Assembly (NCBI RefSeq): GCF_018350175.1
Contig: NC_058368.1
Span: forward strand, 33,234,001 to 33,298,000
DNA: 64,000 nt
Reading direction: 5' to 3'
Origin: Felis catus
Taxonomy: Eukaryota
The stretch's first letter is position 1. Each line of letters starts with the position of its first letter. Under the pieces are notes generated by a model. That model ran no database searches. It was not told the origin of the DNA and worked only from the letters and a program-made list of their open reading frames with translations. Positions 25,747 to 39,042 of the stretch are shown here, piece by piece. The position numbers and the translations under genes are program-made.

Positions 25747-28569
25747 ATGTGATATAGACTACCTGCAATGAAGTATTATTTACCCAAAACGGAAATCTCA
25801 TTTCTATTTAACTATAACGAACATTCTTTAAAATAGCTATTTATTCAAAATATGTAGCTATACCCTTTATCATGAGTAATATAGGATAATTTATGGATCC
25901 CATGCATCATATTTTAAGCAAATGTAGTTGAAGAGCTCTGTCTATCACTGTAAGACTCTGTTTTTAACATAGACAGTATGTCTGTCTTGTTTGCTGCCAG
26001 TCTGCTTGGCATTTTCCAATTTTCTGAAGCGTCTCTGAGTTTTGTCTTTAAGAAATAAAATTTCATTATTCCAGTTTCTTACAGGGTATCACCATCAGAT
26101 GGGTTTTCACTCTTATCTATGCGGCATTCTTTCAAAGCAGATGGTAACACCACGTACGTTTTCTCTTCAACCTAAAATTATTTTTCTTGTCTTTTCATGT
26201 CTTTCATAGACCTCCTAATAGGATAAAAAATTGCTTTACCTGATGGGTATTCACAGTGATGTTTCTGCTTCTTCAAGATATGCCAAACATATCTTCTGGG
26301 CAGTGCAAAAAAAGAAACAAACAAGAAAATAAATGTTACAGGATATCAGAGTTACTTTTCTTCATTCGTGACTTTTTTTCTGTTTTAACTTTCAAAATAT
26401 CTGCAGTGTGGCTTCTTAAGGTCCTCTCCTCCCTAATTAAGCTGCCAAAATATAGGTTGTTTAACTGATATGTTTATAAATTCATAAAATCTATAATAAT
26501 TTTAATGAACCTAGATAATTTATTTATAGTAACGTTAATCCTTAATTAGCTTAAATCATCAAAAGAATCACTGAGATAATTATACCGTACTCTTATTTTT
26601 ATGAGATTACCATTTATTAGATTTCATAACTTATATACCCATATAATTTTCAGAAAAAAAAATCAAGGAGATAGGATTCTTTGGGACCCTGTTCTGTTAA
26701 TAGTGATAATTCAATATTCCCTAACATTTTCCTTATCAAGCTCTTCACCTGAATTTTCTTTAATTAATATGATAGAACTAGTACCAATGAGTTTGAGAGT
26801 TTTAGCCTATGTCACTGAATGATAATTTGCTCCTTTCCTTAGAGAGAAGAGAAATGGACTAGATGTGGAAAAGACTGAAATAGGCAAGCAAATACTTAAC
26901 GATTTTCTAAACAGGGGGGCATTTGGGCAGTATTCCGTTTGAATGCCAAGAGAAGCTAACACTAGTGGAAGAGTACTCAATATACCTACCAAGTGTGGTA
27001 GATTGCATGACTCTTTGGGATTCGATATGAGGACACTGGTTAAGATTATTAGGAAGATGGGTTCTGCCCACCAACATGATCTACTTATTGCCGATCAATT
27101 ATTCAGTAAGCAGAAACACAAGAGGAAAATTCTCAGTAATATATATATAACAAATTGATGGCTCCTTATGCATACTTTATGTTTCATTTCACTGCCCCTG
27201 GAGAGGGGCTCTACCAGAAATGTTGGTTGAAATGGATCTGGTGTCACACCAAACCTAAGTATTTCTCTAATTTGGTAGATTCTGTTATCATCATGAGAGA
27301 GGATAGTTTTAAGGACATAATAATTAGGGAAATCAGTGAAGACAGAACAAATGTGGTTTTTTTTTATTCTTTTCTTTTTTTCATTAATGCAGCATCACCT
27401 TAATAGGAAAATCTAGGGAATTTCAGTTTTAAAACATAAAGTATCCTCTGCTTACAAACAGACCTCTGAAGTAGGTATTTAGCATTGTTTTTCCTCCAAG
27501 AACACTCTCTCTTCTTGTTCAGTTTGTTCTTCCCACTTATATGCTTTGTGAGGAGCTAATAGCTTCACATTTGATACTTACCCTATGACTTAAGTGAATT
27601 GGTCCATGGGTGGGCAGTTCATGAGAGAGCTGGGACATCAATTTGTTTTAGTCGTATTTTTGGAATATGGATTCAATAGTATCTTTTCCAGTGTCCTTAG
27701 ACATAAATAATTTTGGAGTGATTAAAAATTATTTTCCTGACATGTGCTCAAAGTCAAATATAAAATGAATGAGAGAAGGGATTATTCAGTAATGTAGAAG
27801 TAACATGATAATTACCAAAATAGAGATATGTATTGAGAGCAGGGAAATTAGAAAAATTAAAATTGACTGATGCAGTGGAAAGTCAATGAACAGACAGTAT
27901 TTTGGTCAAATTTAAAAGCATGCATATGCTTTTGCTGAGGGGACAAGAGAGGGCAAAGAAAAGACTCTTTGCCAATATAGGGAAATTTGATAAAGTACTG
28001 TATATTCACAAGTAGTTTAGTACTGTTAGAGTAAGAAATGTGTCCAAATAAGTGACCGGAATTGAAGCCAGACAGGTAAGCAGCTATGACTTTATAAGTG
28101 GACCTGTATGTTAAGCACAAAAATCCTGACATGTACCTTGAAAAGAGGAATGACATAAAAGTTTCACATGAAAAAATAGCATTGTGCAGTCAAGGATTGG
28201 AAATGGTGGAACAAGAAATTGGGAGACTACAAATGAGGCTTTTTAAATATTCGAAAAAGAGGTAATATCCCTTTACCTAAGAAGGTGACTTGGGGATAGA
28301 GAGGAATATGGAATACTGGAACCACATAGGAAGTTATACTTCAGATGCTTACTACTTGTTTTTGTTCCTGGAATTAGGGTATGAAACAAGATGGTTGATA
28401 TGATGTTCATGAATTTGATGTTAAAATTTTAGAAAAACATGTGGTTTCTCACCATGAGTTCAGTGATGGGCACACTGAAGTTTAAGGGTCTCTAGGGCCT
28501 GCAGGTGGGTGTAATATACTTGGCTCATGCAGGTAATATTTGAGTTAGAAGTCTGTAACAGCTCAATCT

Positions 28570-28781
28570 ATAGCAACTGTGGTGCATTGAGATTTGTGGC
28601 CAGAGAATTCTTTGTAGTGAGGGGAATGTCCTGTATATTATAGGATGTTTGGCAGCATCACCGGCCTTGACCCACTAGATGCTGGTAGCACTACCTTCTA
28701 TTTGTAACAAAAACTGTCTATAGACATTGCTAAATGTTTCCTGTAGGGAGGAGCAAAATCATTCCAGGTTGGGAACTATTG
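28570..28781 (-). mobile_element. MER20 (hAT-Charlie DNA transposon)
   Basis: AATTCTTTGTAGTGAGGG..TGTCCTGT..TAGGATGTTTGGCAGCATC..ACCCACTAGATGC..GACATTGCTAAATG..GGTTGGGAACTATTG. Confidence 0.88.
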
Positions 28782-28896
28782 TGCTAGAGTAACAGCGGAA
28801 TTCATAGGCATGTGGGTAACTGCCATGTGGCGAACAAGGAGAGAATAAAGCAAAGAGTAGAACCTGGGAAGAATAGCATTGAATGGTAAACAGAGA

Positions 28897-29273
28897 TGGC
28901 TTAGTCTGTTTAGGCTACTGTAACAAAATACCGTAAACTAGTTTGCTTATAAATAGCAGAAACTTACTGCTCAGAGTTCTAGGGACTAGAAGCCCAAGGT
29001 CAGAATGCCAGAATGTATGGTCAGCCTCTATTGAGAATCCCCTTCCAGCTTTCACATTGCTGATTTCTCATGATATCCTTACATGATGGAAGAGACAAGA
29101 GAGCTATCTGGGGGCTCTTTTATAAAAGCTCTAATCCCATTCTTGAGGGCTCTACCCTCATGAGATAATTATCTCCCAATGGCCCCACTTCCTAACCATC
29201 ACTTTGGGTATTGTTGAGCATTAGGTTTCGACAAAGAAATTTTGAGGAGGACGCAAACATTCAGACCACAGCA
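28897..29273 (-). mobile_element. MaLR solo LTR (MLT1A/MST-like)
   Basis: CTTAGTCTGTTTAGGCTACTGTAACAAAATACC...AAACATTCAGACCACAGCA; flanked by CAGAGA on both sides. Confidence 0.88.
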
Positions 29274-29583
29274 CAGAGAAAGAGGAATCTGAAAGATGAT
29301 TGAAAAAGGAGCATATAGTCAAGTGTGAGAAAATTGAAGGCAAAGGGATAACAGAGAAACTAAAGGAGAGAGAGTCTGCCAGAGACCAAAAAAAGAATTG
29401 TATGTGTTAAGTTAGAGAGAAGACTTTTAAGAAAACTTTTTAATGAAAATGTAATTTAAAAAGTGCTGGGCTCATGTCTTTTAGTCTCATGACATGGTGA
29501 TGAGATTTCATGTGAACCAGTGTTGCATTGGAGGAAGATTTTCCGAGAATCTCCTAATCATTTTAATTATATTGAAATGTTTA

Positions 29584-29771
29584 TTTTTTTAAGTTTGTTT
29601 ATTTATTGAAGGAGATCAGGGAGGGGCAGAGAGGGAGACAGAGAGAGACAGAGAATTTCAAGCAAGCTCTGTGCCATCAGCGTGGAGCCCAACACGTTTC
29701 AATCTCACAAACCATGACCTGAGACAACATCAAGAGTTGGACGCTTAACCGACTGAGCCACCCAGACACCC
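29584..29771 (-). mobile_element. Can-SINE
   Basis: Reverse SINE body; TSD TGAAATG(T/C)TTA. Confidence 0.9.
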
Positions 29772-31460
29772 TGAAATGCTTAATCTATAATGTTTTGTTA
29801 TTCTTAGTGACATTATTAAATCTTAAATTATGTCTGCCTTACAAGAAGAATAATGCCAGTTAATAATAAAGTCAGAAATAAGTAGGAGGAAATCATAAAC
29901 AGCTTCAGTGAACATTTAGGTAGTATATAAAAATAAATGTCTTTATTTTTTTGAAACATTGAATTGGCTTTTAAAGAGCAGATGACTACAATTGAAGAAT
30001 ATAAGCTAGAAATATTTCAGGTATCTATTTTGTTATAAAAGACCTCGGTTTGAATATGTATGTTTCATTTAGTAGAATTGATCTAAGTAGTTCTCTCAGA
30101 AACCCAGAAATATTTCAGTGTACTAAACACATTAAGTAACATTTAACTGTGCATTTTTGTACTATATTTTATGAGAATCAATTTTATTGTTTTAGGAGAA
30201 TGACAAAAAATATTTTCTGGATTAATTACCAGAAAAAGACAAAACTATTTACACATCTTTAGCACCTCTGTTCATAGAGGGCATTGAAGCAATGCAAACA
30301 TGAGAATTGGCCATAAAACAATTTCCTTCGATTTGAAGAAGTTACACCACCAAGTATGACAGGAGTCAAAGACTTCTCTTTCACCTCTTTAATCCTACTT
30401 AGGGCCCTCATTTAAGGTAGTGGAATATATTTCTATTCCAAGTTTTCTACTTCCCCTCTATACATTTGGCTTTATTCAGCTGTTAGTGTTGGTAGTGATT
30501 GGGGAAAAATATATTGTGCACAATTGTACATTTTCTGCCAATGCAGTAAATGACTGTCTGACATGAAAATGTCTTTGTTTACATCTGTGGTAGATAATGC
30601 TCCATTTCAACTACACTTTGCTGTGGAAGGGAAGAAGCTATACATTTGGCTTAGTTTACAGGTGTTCTTTAACATTAAGTATGCTTCCAATTTCATTTAA
30701 ATACTGTATAGAATAAGTAAGTATTCTATAAATCAGTTTCTGTCCTGAAATGGTTTCATATTTTGTTGGACATCCAATGGACTTTAAAACCAATGAAAAT
30801 TTTGCTAATAGTCAACTTTCCTATTCTAGCATAATACAGATGCCTTTCTTTTTTTTAGATAAGTGGGGGGATTTTTAGGATTGTATTCACTCATTATATC
30901 TCATCAGATTTAGAAAGTTTAAATCATGATAAACCCATAGAAGCAAAGACTGAAATATTAATTAGACTCAATGAGTTCAAGCAAATAAGGGATTATAAAA
31001 TGTATGTAATTACTAAAAAAATGAAATTGAGAATAAAAGAGCCAGTGCTTGAGAATGACTCTTTCACTCCACCTACGAATAGTTAGGTATATTGAAATGA
31101 GTATAGAAACATTCATTTCATGTTTTTAAATTTCCTTTTTTATTGAATAGTTTTACATATTAATCATTTTATGGGTTTTCTCTTTACATTCTTCGACTAT
31201 TATCTTCTTTTTCCTTTGGAAATGTTGGTGTTTCCATTAATTTTCCTAATAGTAGGTAATGTAGGTAGCTAGATCAGACAAAAAAAGAAAAAAAAGTTTT
31301 AGAGTGAGTCTAATCTACATAAGCAAATCAAAGGAACAGCAAAAGGAATGAGCATTATGTGCTAATTGGAGAGTGCTGACATTGATCTGATCTCAATAAA
31401 GAATGCACATTGATAGAGAAGGAAGTTACTTGGACAGGAGAGTAAGAGCTAAAGAGTCTT

Positions 31461-31692
31461 TTTCTTTTAAAGTTTTTAATGTTTATTTAATTTTGAGAGA
31501 GAGACAGAGCATGAACAGGGGAGGGGCAGAGAGAGAGAGAGACACACACACACACACACACAGAATCCGAAGCAGGCTCCAGGTTCTGAGTTGTCAGCAC
31601 AGAGCCTGATATGGGGCTCAAACCCATGAACCATGAGATCATGACCTGAGCCAAAGTTGGAAGCTTTACCGACTGGGCCACCCAGGCACTCC
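31461..31692 (-). mobile_element. Can-SINE with internal (CA)n expansion
   Basis: TSD CTAAAGAGTCTT at 31449-31460 and 31697-31708. Confidence 0.92.
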
Positions 31693-31889
31693 AGATCTAA
31701 AGAGTCTTAAAATAAGGGAAAAATTTCCAGATGTAAGTGGATATTAGAGCTGTAAAAAGTTTAGAATAGAAAAAGTGATATAAGGAAGGTGATGTGCTGA
31801 TTTAGAAAAGAGGAAATTGTACACTGGGAATCCAATAAGAATCTACCACAGATGTAGCAATTCAAGGTAAAGATTATTGTGGTCTAGAA

Positions 31890-32436
31890 TAGTGAGTTAA
31901 ACTTAGTAATGATTACCTAAAACATATCTTCATTCTAATCTCTGGAACCTGTAAATGTTAGGTCTATATGAGCAAGGAAGGATGGAAGGAAGGAAGGAAG
32001 GAAAGAATGAAGGGGAGGGAAGGAAGGCAGGAGGAATGAGGGAGGGAGAGAAGAAGATTAAAAAAAAAAGATCTGTACACGTTAAGGATCTTGAGATATG
32101 GAGATTTTCCTGTATTATCTGAGTGGGCCCTAAATGCAATCTCACATATCTTTATAAATGGAGGGAGGGCAGAGGGAGATTTGACATTCAAAAGAGGAGA
32201 AGGCATTGGGACAATAGAGGCAGAGAGTTGAGTGATGTGTCCACATGGAATGACAGCTTCTAGAGGCAAGGGAGGATTCTCCCCTAGAGCCTCCGAAGAG
32301 ACCATGGCCCTGCTGACAACGTCCAGCAAAACTTATTTCAGTCTTTTGGTGTCCAGAACAGTAAGAATAATTCTCTGCTGTTTAAGCTACCATATATATA
32401 TAGTAATTTATTAGTCATTTTAGAAAATTAATATCA
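31890..32436 (+). mobile_element. MaLR LTR (MLT1B/C-like) with internal GGAA-rich expansion
   Basis: CTAATCTCTGGAACCTGTAAATGTTA, TTAAGGATCTTGAGAT, GGGCCCTAAATGCAATC, GATTCTCCCCTAGAGCCTCC. Confidence 0.85.
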
Positions 32437-32571
32437 ATGGGATATTCCTTAATTATTTATCAGAAACAGTGTTCACAATCTTATATGGCAGCCATGGCAT
32501 TAAGGTAATATTAAAGTATTTAAGAGCAGATACTTTACAATATATCAGATATTTTAAATCCCAAAACACAA

Positions 32572-32705
32572 TCTATCTTTGGAACTTAAGACAGGTCACT
32601 AAATGTCTCTAAACATGAATTTTATCTCCTGTACAATGGAAATATTGATCCTTAGTTCACATAATTATTAAAAGTAAATAAGAAAGCATATGTAAAATAC
32701 TTTAT
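32572..32705 (+). mobile_element. MIR core fragment
   Basis: ACAGGTCACTAAATGTCTCT...TTATCTCCTGTACAATGGAAAT...ATGTAAAATACTT resembles the MIR core. Confidence 0.55.
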
Positions 32706-33962
32706 AGATTATAACTGTACCCCAGATGATAATATAATTATTGTACTATGTTATATGTGTTCACTTCTAGGCACTTAATTTCATATAGACAAAACTTTGC
32801 TATATTAATCTATTTCACATACTTATGTAGCTGAAGTTCAATAGATTTATTTTTGAGTAGATAGGTAGATGAATAGGTAGGATGAAAAATGGAAACCATC
32901 TTTTTCGGAATTTGGTTATAAGCTCATATCAGGTGAAAGATAAATATCTAATTTAATTTTTCCCATTTTGTTTTACCTCAAAATGTCACTTGCTAATGCT
33001 GGTTTCAAACACAAAAAGAACGCTTTAAATGACTACTTAGAATTACCCATAGAAAAAAAGTGAAACTGAGTCTTTGAGATCTACTTAGCTTTGTGAATGT
33101 TAAATTCTAAGGGGAGGGGTGTAATCATACCCAAAAAGAGGGCCTGATTACCAGTTTTGAGTAAAACAATTCTGATCATGTAAGAAATGTGGAAATAGTT
33201 ACAAAAATACGTACCAAAATTATGTTGCCTTTAGCCGCACTTGAAATGATATTTTGCTGTGTTTATAATGATTAGATTTGTTTCTGGAAAATTACCAGAT
33301 GCTCATAACATTAAGGTCAATTCAATGTTTATTCTGTGTTGAGAAGGCCATGCATCAATTCCAATTTTCTATATTCCTTCTTTAGGCTTTCACTTGCACT
33401 TGATAAATTTTCTACCTACAGTTAGATTTCTAATTAGTAAATGTTTTGCCAACAATGTGCATAGCAAGTCTTCACACAGTTAAGATTTCCTCCTGGTGGC
33501 TTTCTGAAGCACATCCCCAACATATAATGCCGCATGCAGGCTCCATTCATGTATGTTCTCTGTGTTATCACATACTTGCCTGTTCGGCGTATTTTATTTT
33601 AGATTTACGGATAATGTTAGGAAGCACTGCCTTGTCTTTTTCTATCACCTGTCCACATAGTGCTGTGTAATAAGTGTTATTTTATCATCTGGGTGAAAAT
33701 GTTGTTCGGATCGAATGCAACTTTTTCAAGCCGGTATAAGCCACAACCAATATCTAGAATAAGCAGAAGTAAGTAAGTAGGTGAAGACAATGACAACCCA
33801 ACTATTTTTCAAACAATGTAGATATTTGATAACTACCTTTATTATTACCATATTTCTTTGCTTCATTCCTATACTCGATTTTTCACATGCCTTACAATGT
33901 GTCTCCTGTTTTGAAAGGACTAACATGGATAGAAAGGAATATCTGAAAATGGAATGCGTTTT

Positions 33963-34196
33963 TTTTAGGAGAGAGAGAGTGCAAGTGGGGGTAGGGCAGA
34001 AGGAGAGGGACGGAGGGAGGGAGGGAGAGAGAGAGAGAAAGAGAAAGAGAGAGAGGGGGAGAGAGAGAGAGAATCTTAAGCAGGCTCTATACCCAGCTCA
34101 GAGCCTGATGTGGGGCTTGATCTCACTATTGTGAGACCATGACCTGAGCCAAAATCAAGAATCGGACATTTAACTGACTGAGCCACCCCAGCACCC
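33963..34196 (-). mobile_element. Can-SINE
   Basis: TSD TGGAATGC(G/A)TTTT. Confidence 0.92.
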
Positions 34197-34442
34197 TGGA
34201 ATGCATTTTATTAAATGTAGTCTCATTACTTTACACTTAAGTATCACACATTAGAATTATTTCCAAATAAGATTAGCCTTCCCAAAAAAGGATGATATAT
34301 AGTCTTATACGTAGGTATATACAAAAGATGACAATCCCTATAGAAATTTTATTGTAGGTTATGGATTACATAAAATTTACACTGAATGATGTCCATAATA
34401 AAAGTCATTATAGCTTTATTAAAAGTCATCAGATCCTTGTGA

Positions 34443-34660
34443 GGGGCACCTGGGTGGCTCAGTCAGTTGAGTGTCCAACTTCAGCTCAGGTCATGATCTC
34501 AGGGTCCGTGAGTTCGAGCTCCGCATCAGGCTCTGTGCTGACAGCTCAGAGCCTGGAGCCTGCTTCAGAGTCTGTTTCTCCCTCCCTCTCTGCCCCTCCC
34601 CCACTGGTGCTGTATCTCTCTGCCTCTCAAAAATAAATAAACATTTAAAAAATATTTTTT
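34443..34660 (+). mobile_element. Can-SINE
   Basis: Full body; imperfect TSD ending ATCCTTGTGAG. Confidence 0.93.
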
Positions 34661-35437
34661 TAAGTTATCAAATCCTTGTGAGATGAAACATCAGCATGTG
34701 ATTATCAGAAGAAACTAGTTTAGAAACTTGATTGCCAATTATGAACAGTTTAATTCATAAAGCCTACAGTGCATTCCACCATTTAGAGTGTTTCCTATTT
34801 CTGCTAGGGAAATTAGATACTAAAATACTTTTCTCAACCAGTCAAAATAAGCAGTTTCATAATACCAAGGTAAATTCCTTTATGTGGCTTTCAACTTCAT
34901 TTTTAAATCTGCTTGAGTCATTTGTTTGAACTGAAATAAAGTCATTTCAAAAGAATGTTGTCACAAGATCAATATCTTTGAAACTATGCTTTGGATGTGA
35001 CAGAGCATTTTTGTAGAATCAGAGCCTATTATCCGGTGTTGTGATACCACATCTGCTGACATTTATTTTCAGTTTTAAGCATCACCGTAATATTTTTTTT
35101 GCTATTGTTCCTCATTAAATATTACATTAATACCTTTGACATGTGAAACATTATTAATGTGTCTTAACCGGATTATTTATAGACCTATATATCCTCAATA
35201 GTATTTCCCTGCTCAATTTCACAGTCACATGCACCAAAGTCTCTATGAGTTATATAATAAGAAAATCAATATAAAACATTAGTCAAGCACCAATTACATG
35301 AAGAATTCATAATCTAGAGAATATACAGTGTGGGACTCTTGAGTCCCTGATATCACTGCCTGGATGCCAATGGGCTGAATCTGATGTGACCCTTACCTAA
35401 ACATGAGTATGCTCAAATCTACTTTGTGACTCAGTTC

Positions 35438-35452
35438 TTGTTGTTGGTGTTG

Positions 35453-35485
<33 letters not shown>
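35438..35485. repeat. (TTG)n microsatellite
   Basis: Direct reading; 5' part interrupted. Confidence 0.95.
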
Positions 35486-35835
35486 GTTTTTTGTTTTCTT
35501 TTTAATCATTCTGGCTCTCCTTCAAAATGCTTGCTGGAGTGCCACTGGTATGTTTGGAAATCTCTGTCTTCATGCTGAATATGTAGCCTGCTTCTAAACC
35601 TACTTCTGTTCTTTGAGCAAAATAGCATTATCATGGGGTTGGTGATACTTAGCCATTGAAGAAACTATAGGTCCCTTAGATCTCTCTATTCTCTGCTTCA
35701 GTATTTTCACTCATATTCTTCATCATATCCTTCCAGATCAGTCTCACTTATGTCCTCCTCCTCTGGCATCATCTAGATTTTCCATTCTTTTATAACAAAA
35801 TCCCATTCTCATTCTCTTCATAGAAAAGTTTTTTT

Positions 35836-36062
35836 GAAGCACCTGGTTGGCTCAGTCAGTGGAGCATCCAACTGTTGATTTCAGCTCAGGTCATGATCTC
35901 ATGGTTCATGAATTTGAGCCCTGTGTTGGGGGTTCTGCACTGCCAGTGCTGAGACTGCTTGGGATTTTCTGTATCCCTCTCTCTCTCTGCCCCTCCATTG
36001 TTTGTGCTCTCTCACTCGCTCTCTCAAAAAAAAAAAAAAAAAAGGAGGAAAAAAAGAAAAAA
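35836..36062 (+). mobile_element. Can-SINE with long A-rich tail
   Basis: GCACCTGGTTGGCTCAGTC head, GCTCAGGTCATGATCTC. Confidence 0.9.
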
Positions 36063-36859
36063 AAGTTTCTCTCCTTCCTTGCTTAATTAAAACTTGGGTC
36101 TCATTGATGTTTTCCTGCAGACTTGTCAATGAGAAGCTATGCTTTCTCCCATAATGTGCTTCATAAAGAGCCCAGAGGTGGAATTAGCTTGGTTTTATTT
36201 GCATACCACTACTTCTCAATTCACATGGAATAAAGTCTGCTCCTTTGGGATTTTATGCAGGCTCATTCCATCACTTTCATTATGTGCTGTCCTTGACATC
36301 TTTTAACTTGCGGTGTCAATGTTCTACATTCATTGAGAACATAGGTAAACAGGATTTCAGTTTTATTCCCTACCATTAGATATGTGATTACCCAGGACCA
36401 TTTCAAAATCTATCTAGAATACTAATTAAAATATAAAAGGAGAAGTTCCTGGGCTTCATTAAATGTAGTTGTTTTTCACTTATACCCTATAACAGCGATC
36501 ACACTCTGTACCTTTTAAACACAAACAACTATACTACTTTGCACATACTAAAGTCCATTAGCCACACATTTAATATAAATTCTTCTCTTTTAATGGTATT
36601 TTCTTCACATATGAAATCCGTTGTTTGAACAATTTCTTAAGGCCTTCATTCTCTTACTTTTCTTTGATCAGTATTTAAAGCCTCTTATGTAAGGTCTAAA
36701 TTTTGTGTGCCTAATATGGAAACACGTTAAGTTTTATGTAGGAGAACGGGAGGAACAAAGTCAAGACAAACAAAAGACCTATAACATGGTCATGGGATTG
36801 TGAGATGATTGAAAGGCAATATTTTATTGAGAAGTAAGTTGATCAAGTATGTGGACATA

Positions 36860-37583
36860 TGTGTTAGGCCCGTAAAGAAACAAAGTGTTTCAGACATGGG
36901 TTTATAAAAGGGAATTGGTTACAAGTTTCTGAAGAGCTAAAGAGCAAAAATGTTATGGTGGATACTGGAGGAAGAGATAAATGAGGAGTTACGAGTATCT
37001 TATCAGGAGGATTCTTATACCTTTGAGCGGGAGCTCACAAGCCCACGCTGACCACTCCACCAGTGACATTGACCCTTTCAGTGCTTGAACCACTGAGTAA
37101 GCGTTGTTGCTCCTGCTACTCTTTTATTATTAACTATTATAACTATTTTAACTATTTAACTATTTATTTAACTAGTTAACTATTTATTACAACTGTTTTG
37201 TTATAATGCATTTTTTATTTTTTAATTTTTATTTATATTTTTGTTTATTTTTTTGTTTTATTCAAGTATAATATCCAGTGTTATATTAGTTTCAGGTATA
37301 TGATATTATGATTCAACAATTCCATGCATTTCTCAGCCCTCCTTTTTTATCGTCTCCATCCACTTCCTGCCACTCTTTCTGCTACTTGAGTTAGAACTGA
37401 CATTTCTTTTTCCTTCCTGATAATCTTCTAACAGAGCCTTAAATCAGAAGGATCGAACATGAGTCTATCACACAATGTTCTATGAGACGTGTAGTTTACA
37501 GAGTTTTCAGCTCCAGTGCTATGAAATGTAGCAGAGGGAGACATGGATGGGGCTTAGTAGACATTAGCTAAACAATCAACACA
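36860..37583 (-). mobile_element. Probable ancient ERVL-class LTR, interrupted
   Basis: TGTGTTAGG...TTTATAAAAGGGAATTGGTTACA start and GTAGTTTACAG...CAACACA end; family not resolved. Confidence 0.35.
37210..37338 (-). mobile_element. Short L1 3'-terminal fragment
   Basis: T-rich tail then CAAGTATAA..CAGTGTTATATTAGTTTCAGGT..TGATTCAACAATTC. Confidence 0.75.
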
Positions 37584-38849
37584 AGACTTAATTGCCAAAA
37601 CCTAGCAAAAGTCAGATAAAAAGCAGAAATTCATTTAAATTTATTCATACATTTTACAAGGTTCTTCAGAGTTTATGTAAATTCTCCCCTCTTTTCAAAT
37701 TTCCTAACATAATCATTCTTTCAGTGAGTGGCACTTCCTCTTTGGAAACACCATTTTTGCACTTGGGAATCAATGGAACTGTGATTGGCAATTGCTGCTT
37801 TTACATGGCATCTTGAGTTCTTGATACTTTAAAATGCATGGAGCGTTCAGACTAAAGTCATGACAGATAGGTCCTAAATGGAACAGCCTTTGCCTTAGGT
37901 AAACAAATTTGTGTAAAGCAAACCAATTCTACTGAAAATTTCTTCAAGAAAATCATCTTGCTGAATGTGAATGAACAACTTTATGACAGCATTAGGTATC
38001 ACATTGGGAAATTAGAGCCTTAATCCTACTCATAAGAAAATATTTATCTTCTCATCCAGTTGTTCCAGTACCAGACTTATTTTGTTATTTCCTTTTGATA
38101 TCATTGACATGAGAGAGACAGTCATAAAAGAATCTTTAAAGCTTCACTTAGTCTATTAATTTACCAGAACCATTTAGTATTATAGAATTGGTGGAACTAA
38201 AGTAGATATAGTATCTCTTCCCACCTCTCCATCATTATTCCAATTGTTTTTATTTTATTCATCCTTAATTTTTAATATATAGTAATATATATTTTATCAT
38301 TATTTTATTTATTATTATATATTATTAATATGTATTTCCATTAAATAAGAAAATCAAATTACTGCCAGTGTCACCAAATTACGTAGTACAAGTCACATAC
38401 ATATATAATTTTAAATAATTCAAAACTGTTGTGTTTTCTGAACTTTAGATGAAAAAAATTTAAATGTATTTTATATATGTAGTTGACAGTTCTTCTGGCT
38501 AGCATATGATCTGGTTGTTTTTCGAGCAGAAATAATAGGTTTACATGGATCAATCTCATCTCTATCCCTTTACTACCAAGAGAGGAGTTTTTCTCGGAGA
38601 AGGTTGGCTCAGTTTCGGGGGAAAAGAAGGAAATCTCACAAGTCAGTTAAGTTTTATGAGAAAGCACCAGCTTTATTCCAAACTTTCTCTATAACAGGAT
38701 AATTGAGGTCCCGGGGTTCTTACTTATTCGCTGATTCTTCCTCATTTATTCTTATTCCAGGAATTCTCCTGGGAGAACCAGACCTAAAACTGCAGAAGGA
38801 ACTCTCACTTGGCAGGAAATACTTTTTTTTAAATCCCACTCAGGGTCTA

Positions 38850-39042
38850 GAACTGCTCTAATATGTTCACCACTTGCTACATGTGACCATCTAAATTAAT
38901 CAAAGTTAAATAAAACTGAAAAATTCAGTTGCACAGGTTACATGTCATATGTACCATAGTCATATGTGACTAGTGGTGACTGTCTAAGATAGTACAAATT
39001 ACGAACATTCTATCATCACTGATAATTCTATTGATACTGCTG
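38850..39042 (-). mobile_element. MER3-type hAT-Charlie element
   Basis: CCACTTGCTACATGTGACC, AAAATTCAGTT, CATATGTGACTAGTGG, GAACATTCTATCATCACTG...TTCTATTG. Confidence 0.7.

Larger units (their letters stand above)
28190..29400 (-). mobile_element. L2 remnant, interrupted by MER20 and MLT1A
   Basis: Purine-rich degenerate sequence with GAGTTCAGTGATGGGCACACTGAAGTTTAAGG typical of antisense L2. Confidence 0.5.

Noticed and set aside
26082..26171. Minus-strand open exon VEEKTYVVLPSALKECRIDK...
   Set aside because: Acceptor lacks a pyrimidine tract and the implied intron is under 70 nt
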